A DNA stretch of 21,830 nucleotides from an uncultured archaeon. GTDB lineage: Archaea > Asgardarchaeota > Lokiarchaeia > Sigyniarchaeales > SOKP01. The stretch's first letter is position 1, and every line of letters begins with the position of its first letter. Below, in pieces: positions 15,976 through 21,830 of this stretch. Location: the NCBI GenBank assembly GCA_964493715.1, contig CAZBPC010000054.1:1-21830 (forward strand). Reading direction: 5' to 3'. The notes under the pieces are model-generated. The model ran no database searches. It was given only the letters and a program-made list of their open reading frames with translations, and was not told the DNA's origin. A program made the position numbers and the translations under genes.

Positions 15976-18681
15976 ATGAGCTCTTTAAAAGAAAACGAAG
16001 ATAAACTGATTTACAAGTTTGAGGAAGGGAGCAAAGAACTAAAATATCTTTTAGGAGGAAAAGGAGCAGGATTAGCTGAGATGACGCGGATGGGTTTAAA
16101 CATACCTCCCGGGTTTACCATCACTATGCAAGCCTGCCACTTATATTTTGAGAAACCAGAGAAATTTATGAAAAAATTGATCCCTCTTGTCAATAGTCAT
16201 ATGAAAGACTTAGAAATTAAAGCTAAGAAGAAATTCGGTGATATAAAATCCCCATTGTTGGTTTCGGTTAGATCTGGGTCATTTATAAGTATGCCTGGTA
16301 TGATGGACACAGTTCTAAACTTGGGCTTAAATGATGAATCAGTCATTGGTATGGCTGAACAAACAGAAAATCCACGCTTCGCTTATGATAGCTATCGTAG
16401 ATTTATTCAAATGTTTGGAGATGTTGTAATGGGGATTGGAGATGAAAAATTTGAAAGAATTCTTGTTAAATCTAAACGTGAAATTTCTCGTACTGCACAA
16501 GATACAGATCTCACTGTTGTAGATTTACAAAAGGTAATCGCAGATTATAAAGCTCTATATGAAAAAGAGATTGGTTCATCATTTCCTCAAGATCCATACA
16601 AACAACTAAATTTAGCAATTGAAGCAGTTTTCAAATCCTGGAATAACAAGCGTGCCATAACATACAGAAGAATAAATAATATACCTAATTATGGGACCGC
16701 CGTAAATATTCAATTAATGGTATTTGGGAATAAGGGATGGGATTCCGCTACTGGAGTAGCTTTTACAAGAGATCCATCAACTGGTGAGAATATAAAGTTT
16801 GGTGAATACTTAGCGAATGCTCAAGGAGAAGATGTGGTCGCAGGGATTAGAACTCCTAAGAAACTTTCAGAGATGAAAGAGGAATTTCCTAAAATACATG
16901 AACAGCTAATTGCAGCAATGAATAAACTTGAAAATCATTATAGGGACATGCAGGATATCGAATTTACGGTTGAAAAAGGAATTCTTTACCTTTTACAGAC
17001 AAGGAATGGGAAAAGAACTCCTTCTGCCGCGGTGAAAATCGCAGTTGATATGCTTAAGGAGGGGCTTATAAGTAAAGAAGAAGCAATAATGAGCATCGAT
17101 CCCTTCAAAATATCCAAATTATTATTTAAAAGCATTGATGAAAATGCGATTGTACGAGTATTAGCTAAAGGTATTAATGCTTCTCCCGGAGCTATATCTG
17201 GAAAAGCAATATTTGATGCTGATACTACGGAGAAATTAGCAAATGCAGGAGAAACTGAATTAATCCTAGTACGTCCCCAAACTAAACCGGAGGATGTTCA
17301 CGGTTTATTTGCATCAAGCGGTGTATTAACTCAATTTGGCGGTAAAACTTCTCATGCCGCCGTAGTAGCAAGAGGTATGGGAAAACCTGCCGTTGTTGGG
17401 GCTCAAGATATAGAAATCGATGAAGAAAACAAATTATTTAGAGTCGCAGAAACAGAGGTACATGAAGGGGATTACATTACAATAGATGGTACCACTGGAC
17501 GAGTAATTGAGGGAAAAGTACCATTAGTAGAACCCGAAATTAGTGGAGAATTCTCTGAACTTTTAGCAATTGCAGATGAGCTTAGAACATTGGGTGTAAG
17601 GGCTAATGCAGACACACCCGTTGATGCTACAACTGCCTTAGAATTTGGAGCGGAAGGGATAGGCTTATGTCGTACAGAACATATGTTTATGGCCCAAGAT
17701 CGGCTGCCCGTTGTGCAAGCTATGATAATGTCCCGAACAATAGAAGACCGAATGGACGCTCTCAATAAAATTTTACCGATGCAAAAAGGAGATTTTTATG
17801 AGATTTTCAAAATAATGGAAGGGAAACCAGTAACAATTAGATTACTAGATCCCCCTCTTCATGAATTCTTACCTGAATTGATGACTGTCGTGTTAGAAAA
17901 CCAAGAATTGATAATGACAAATAACCTATCAAAATCACTCCTTAATACAAGTCCATTGGATGAAGAAATAAAAAAGAAGAGAAAGGTAATTTCGCTTATT
18001 AGATCGCTCTCTGAGGAGAATCCGATGATGGGATTACGAGGTTGTAGACTTGGGATAGTCTGGCCTGAGATTAATGAAATGCAAGTGAAAGCAATATTTC
18101 AAGCAGCCTGTGAATTAAAAATTGAAGGGATAGATGTGATTCCTGAAGTGATGATCCCCTTGATAGGAATGATCTCTGAATTAACATATGTCAAAAAACA
18201 GCTTATGAGTGTTGCTAAAGATACAATAGATAGTTATGGTGTAAAATTGGATTATAAATTTGGCACCATGATTGAAATCCCAAGGGCAGCTTTAACTGCT
18301 AGTGAGATTGCGACTGAAGCCGAATTCTTTTCATTTGGAACAAATGATCTTACCCAAATGACATATGGTTATAGTCGCGATGATGCCGAAAGTAAATTCC
18401 TCCCTATCTACTTAAACAAGGAGATCCTCAAAGAAAATCCTTTTGATACATTAGATCAAGATGGTGTCGGAAAATTGATGAAAATGGCTGTTAAAGATGG
18501 AAGAAAAACGCGGTCTGACTTAAAATGCGGAATCTGTGGAGAACATGGTGGTGAACCTCGCTCCATCAAGTTTGCGCATTCAATAGGTCTAAATTATGTG
18601 TCTTGTTCTCCTTATAGAATCCCCATAGCGAGAATCGCTGCGGCACAAGCAACAATTGAACAGAAAAATTCTAAAAAATAA
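15976..18681 (+). CDS. ppdK: Pyruvate, phosphate dikinase
   Basis: LLGGKGAGLAEM, PLLVSVRSG, SMPGMMDTVLNLG, GGKTSHAAVVARG (phospho-His), GIGLCRTEHMF, FSFGTNDLTQ, GICGEHGG. Confidence 0.98.
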   Translation: MSSLKENEDKLIYKFEEGSKELKYLLGGKGAGLAEMTRMGLNIPPGFTITMQACHLYFEKPEKFMKKLIPLVNSHMKDLEIKAKKKFGDIKSPLLVSVRSGSFISMPGMMDTVLNLGLNDESVIGMAEQTENPRFAYDSYRRFIQMFGDVVMGIGDEKFERILVKSKREISRTAQDTDLTVVDLQKVIADYKALYEKEIGSSFPQDPYKQLNLAIEAVFKSWNNKRAITYRRINNIPNYGTAVNIQLMVFGNKGWDSATGVAFTRDPSTGENIKFGEYLANAQGEDVVAGIRTPKKLSEMKEEFPKIHEQLIAAMNKLENHYRDMQDIEFTVEKGILYLLQTRNGKRTPSAAVKIAVDMLKEGLISKEEAIMSIDPFKISKLLFKSIDENAIVRVLAKGINASPGAISGKAIFDADTTEKLANAGETELILVRPQTKPEDVHGLFASSGVLTQFGGKTSHAAVVARGMGKPAVVGAQDIEIDEENKLFRVAETEVHEGDYITIDGTTGRVIEGKVPLVEPEISGEFSELLAIADELRTLGVRANADTPVDATTALEFGAEGIGLCRTEHMFMAQDRLPVVQAMIMSRTIEDRMDALNKILPMQKGDFYEIFKIMEGKPVTIRLLDPPLHEFLPELMTVVLENQELIMTNNLSKSLLNTSPLDEEIKKKRKVISLIRSLSEENPMMGLRGCRLGIVWPEINEMQVKAIFQAACELKIEGIDVIPEVMIPLIGMISELTYVKKQLMSVAKDTIDSYGVKLDYKFGTMIEIPRAALTASEIATEAEFFSFGTNDLTQMTYGYSRDDAESKFLPIYLNKEILKENPFDTLDQDGVGKLMKMAVKDGRKTRSDLKCGICGEHGGEPRSIKFAHSIGLNYVSCSPYRIPIARIAAAQATIEQKNSKK

Positions 18682-19045
18682 ACTTATTTTATCTCTACTA
18701 ATCTCTTATTATTTAAAACATACTTGTTCGATAGTTCATATTCGAATTTATTTCAGTAATATACAATTAAAAATATTAGATCAAGGTTTCCTTATCTTTG
18801 TTCTTAGCTCGTTTTAAATAATTAGACTATTTCGTAATTGATCAGACACAATCATTTTTAAAGATTTTAAAGATGTTTTATATGTCCAACCATATAAATG
18901 TCCTTAGTAGAATGAACTATTAACATCCATAAAAAGTTCAAGAGAGGAATTCTCCAAGAAATTGAACAGAAAATTAAAAAATATAAATAACCTTTCTAAT
19001 ATTTATTTTATAATAAAATATAAAATCATATAGAGCCGCATTACA

Positions 19046-19789
19046 ATGGATTTGGGCATCATATCAGTAGTTCAAGGATCCTTAAGTTTAATTTATATCA
19101 CGATAACTTTAATTTTAAGTGGAATCTTTATTTTTAAATACTTTAAGCTTGCAATGTTAGAACTCCTTTTTGTAGGATTAGCATTAATTGGGATGGCAGG
19201 TCCATGGTTTCCTGAGGGTCTAGGTTTTCTAATAATAGCTTTAACAAATGGAGCGTTGAGCGACCAATTTTACCTAAATTGCGTTATCATAATTTTTATT
19301 ATTTTTACAGCATATCTTCCAATAGCAATTATGTCTTGGTTAGCTGCAATAACAAAATTATTGAGCGTAAAAAAGAGGAAACTAATTCTAAATTTGCTAA
19401 TGATAATTTTCATTGTGTTTGAAATAGCCTTTTTCACCCTCGCATCTCTTAATTTAAACTATATTGGGACTTTCATTGATCCCTTTAATTCTATGGAAAG
19501 TCTATTTATAGCAATTTTTTATATTAGCGTTATGGTATTAGTATTACTCTCTGGGTTAACTTTTTCAATTATTTCAATAAAGTCTGAATTTCCTAAAGTT
19601 AAACTAAAAGGAAAAATTCTATTATTAGGGTTTATAATGTTCTTAATAGGTGGTTCTTTACCTTATTTAGTGTATGATCTTGTTGCCTTAATAATTACAC
19701 GAATTATCGTGTTAATTAGCTCTATATTAATGTATTTAGGATTTTTACTCCCAAATCGACTCTTAAAGTTATTTAAGATTGAAGAATAG
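19046..19789 (+). CDS. Stand-alone 7-TM membrane protein of unknown function
   Basis: Seven hydrophobic segments with short loops and no soluble domain; no retinal-binding Lys in helix 7. Confidence 0.75.
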   Translation: MDLGIISVVQGSLSLIYITITLILSGIFIFKYFKLAMLELLFVGLALIGMAGPWFPEGLGFLIIALTNGALSDQFYLNCVIIIFIIFTAYLPIAIMSWLAAITKLLSVKKRKLILNLLMIIFIVFEIAFFTLASLNLNYIGTFIDPFNSMESLFIAIFYISVMVLVLLSGLTFSIISIKSEFPKVKLKGKILLLGFIMFLIGGSLPYLVYDLVALIITRIIVLISSILMYLGFLLPNRLLKLFKIEE

Positions 19790-19898
19790 ATTAGGCAAAA
19801 ACAAATTACAGCGAATTCTCAATTAATCATTTTAAACCATAAAGAATAAATCAAGATTGAGAATTTAATTAATCTATAAGATTGATTGAGGTCAGAAA

Positions 19899-21017
19899 AT
19901 GAATTTATCTTTAGATGAAAAAATAGCGCTACTCAAAGAAGTTGGGGAAGAAATCATCGAAATTGAGGAATTACGAAAACTATTCACGTGGAAAAGAGAA
20001 CATAATCAAAAAATTTATGCTTATGACGGATTTGAACCATCTGGAGACATTCACATTGCTCAAGGGTTACTTAGAGCTATTAACGTGAATAAAATCACTA
20101 AAACTGGTGTGAAGTTTAAATTTCTGGTTGCAGACTGGCATGCTGCTGCAAATCATAAATTTGGTGGAGATTTAGACGTAATTAAGAAAGTAGGTGATTA
20201 TTTTATCGAAGTATGGAAAGCTTGTAACATGGATTTAAGCATGGTTGAGTTTGTTTATGCGTCTGAGTTAGTGAAAGATCCTCAATATTGGGAGCTTGTC
20301 TTAAAAATAGCAATTAATAGCTCTCTAAATCGTGTAAAGCGATGCACCCAAATAATGGGTAGGGAGGATAGTGATTCATTATCGGCTTCTCAAATCCTAT
20401 ATCCGTTAATGCAATGCGCAGATATCTTTTTTCTTCCTGCTGATATATGTCAATTAGGATTAGATCAAAGAAAAGTCAACATGCTGGCAAGAGAAGTAGC
20501 AGGTAAATTGAATAAACCAAAACCAATATCTTTAAGTCATCACATGTTAATGGGTTTAGGAAAACCTCCTGAAACTGATTTAACGGGAATCGACCGTGCG
20601 GTAGAACTTAAAATGTCAAAATCAAATCCCGATTCAGCTATTTTCATGTTAGATACAATTGCTGATATTAGACGCAAGATTAACAAAGCTTACTGTCCTC
20701 CAAAAGATATAGAAGAAAATCCCGTTTTAGAATATTGTAAGTACATCATATTTGAATTGATCGATGAGTTTAAGATTGAAAGACCCGAAAAATATGGAGG
20801 AAACATTAGTTATAAGACATTTAAGGGATTAGAAAAGGATTATAGTACTGGAAAGCTTAATCCCCCCGATTTAAAACAAGCCGTAATAAAATACTTGGAT
20901 CAATTAATTGAACCAATGCGTAAGCATTTTGAAAAAGATCCAAAAGCCAGAGAATTATCTGAATTTGTAAAAAGGGTATATAAAAAGGAAAAAGAAAAAA
21001 AAACCAAGAAAATCTGA
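19899..21017 (+). CDS. tyrS: Tyrosine--tRNA ligase, archaeal/eukaryotic type
   Basis: YDGFEPSG-IHIAQG (HIGH equivalent), ADWHA, YPLMQCADI, QLGLDQRKVNMLARE, KMSKS. Confidence 0.97.
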   Translation: MNLSLDEKIALLKEVGEEIIEIEELRKLFTWKREHNQKIYAYDGFEPSGDIHIAQGLLRAINVNKITKTGVKFKFLVADWHAAANHKFGGDLDVIKKVGDYFIEVWKACNMDLSMVEFVYASELVKDPQYWELVLKIAINSSLNRVKRCTQIMGREDSDSLSASQILYPLMQCADIFFLPADICQLGLDQRKVNMLAREVAGKLNKPKPISLSHHMLMGLGKPPETDLTGIDRAVELKMSKSNPDSAIFMLDTIADIRRKINKAYCPPKDIEENPVLEYCKYIIFELIDEFKIERPEKYGGNISYKTFKGLEKDYSTGKLNPPDLKQAVIKYLDQLIEPMRKHFEKDPKARELSEFVKRVYKKEKEKKTKKI

Positions 21018-21085
21018 AAAAAAAACCAGAAAATAAAAAAGATAAAGAAGAAAAGAAGAAAGAAAAAGAAGATAAGAAAAATTAG
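20994..21085 (+). repeat. Purine-rich low-complexity tract with a duplicated G-A9-CCA unit
   Basis: GAAAAAAAAACCA occurs at 20994-21006 and 21016-21028, followed by an almost purely A/G stretch to ~21081. Confidence 0.7.
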
Positions 21086-21101
21086 CCTCTATTTCAATAT
21101 T

Positions 21102-21731
21102 ATGTTAAAATTATTAGCTATTGGAGACTCACACATTCCTCGCAGGGTAAAAGAAATCCCTTTACAAGTATATGAGGCTCTAGAAAAATTAACCGAAAGC
21201 GGTCTTTTTGAGTATACTTTTTTTACCGGTGATGTGATCGATGCTCCCAAATTTCTTGATTTCTTGAAGCTCAAAACAAGAAGAGATCTTTTTATCGTGC
21301 TTGGAAATATGGATTATTACGGAGGCAATCGAAACGTTCCAATTTACCAAAAGCTTGAAATTCCCATGAAAGAGAATGAATCTTTAGTAATTGGATTAAC
21401 TCATGGAGATCAAATAAGTCCTCGTGGTGATCATTCACAATTAGAATCATTAGCATCAGAACGGAATTACCACGTACTAATCTCAGGTCATACTCATCAT
21501 GAAGATGTGGCTCTCTCGGAAAATGGAACATTACTATTAAATCCTGGGAGTGTCACAGGAGCATGGTCATTCGTAGCGAGTGGAAATCCAAGTTTTTTAA
21601 TAATAACAATCGAGGAATCCACCTCTAATATAGACATTGATTTATATATATTAAATAAAAAGAATGATAGATTTGAAGAGAGAAGATTTAATTTCTTATA
21701 CAAGAATAACAAGATCGTTAATCGATTTTAA
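21102..21731 (+). CDS. vps29: Vps29-like metallophosphoesterase (MJ0936/YfcE/Vps29 family)
   Basis: LAIGDSHIPRR, TGD, IVLGNMD, IGLTHGDQISPRGD, VLISGHTH and NPGSVTGAW...PSF are colinear with eukaryotic Vps29 (GDLHIPHR, IGLIHGHQVIPWGD, ILISGHTH, INPGSATGAY, PSF). Confidence 0.8.
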   Translation: MLKLLAIGDSHIPRRVKEIPLQVYEALEKLTESGLFEYTFFTGDVIDAPKFLDFLKLKTRRDLFIVLGNMDYYGGNRNVPIYQKLEIPMKENESLVIGLTHGDQISPRGDHSQLESLASERNYHVLISGHTHHEDVALSENGTLLLNPGSVTGAWSFVASGNPSFLIITIEESTSNIDIDLYILNKKNDRFEERRFNFLYKNNKIVNRF

Positions 21732-21732
21732 T

Positions 21733-21830
21733 TCAGCCTTTAATTTTTTCCAGTACTAAAATTTTTGGGAGCTTCAACAATAAACCAAGATTTCTCTTTC
21801 CCGAACTTCCCTTACTAAATTGAAGTTTAG
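21733..21830 (-). CDS. Probable 3' end of a convergent gene (partial, unknown product)
   Basis: The open minus frame ...KLQFSKGSSGKRNLGLLLKLPKILVLEKIKG* ends 1 nt from the vps29 stop. It is too short to identify. Confidence 0.4.
   Translation of the reverse strand, partial: KLQFSKGSSGKRNLGLLLKLPKILVLEKIKG

Noticed and set aside
19046-19789. Rhodopsin
   Set aside because: There is no Lys in TM7 and no retinal-pocket motifs.
21015-21104. TGA readthrough fusing tyrS to vps29 (same frame, 28 stop-free codons)
   Set aside because: The linker is purine-rich and so lacks stops by composition, same-frame adjacency is a 1-in-3 event, and another frame gives a more protein-like tail.
6892-21712. Other short ORFs in the track that overlap real genes (6892, 7972, 9569, 11038, 11314, 11839, 12843, 13420, 13495, 15456, 16011, 17472, 21089, 21292, 21497)
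   Set aside because: All lie antisense or out of frame within well-supported genes and show no family motifs.
1-21830. CRISPR array, tRNA/rRNA genes, IS elements or prophage genes
   Set aside because: No regularly spaced repeats, cloverleaf motifs, terminal inverted repeats or transposase/integrase motifs were seen by eye; a tRNAscan/Rfam run would be needed to be certain.

Overview
AT-rich, gene-dense archaeal chromosomal window, most likely from an Asgard archaeon (Lokiarchaeia-like). The taxonomy is inferred from archaeal-type PheRS/TyrRS/CoaD, a DUF1512 gene, GGTGA-type ribosome-binding sites, a strongly Vps29-like protein and a stand-alone 7-TM protein. The left end (1-3771) is the tail of a surface-glycan locus: GT4 glycosyltransferase, GDP-mannose 4,6-dehydratase-like enzyme, TylF-type O-methyltransferase and a frameshifted, internally deleted sulfatase pseudogene. 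A minus-strand run follows (Zn-ribbon membrane protein, coaD, pheS-pheT-pheA, bacterial-type RNase PH), then a plus-strand run (DUF1512, SCP2, CBS-4TM protein, RGG/Tyr-rich 2-TM double-zinc-ribbon protein, NagD-like HAD, ppdK, 7-TM protein, tyrS, Vps29-like). Main leads: (1) a structured leader with a Phe-containing small ORF upstream of pheS-pheT-pheA, a candidate Phe-sensing RNA element; (2) a two-gene membrane module pairing a CBS-4TM protein with an RGG/Tyr-rich zinc-ribbon membrane protein whose external domain recalls eukaryotic APD1-4 E3 ligases; (3) two genes with no in-frame canonical start codon; (4) a bacterial rph in an archaeon. No rRNA, tRNA, CRISPR array or transposase was recognised.
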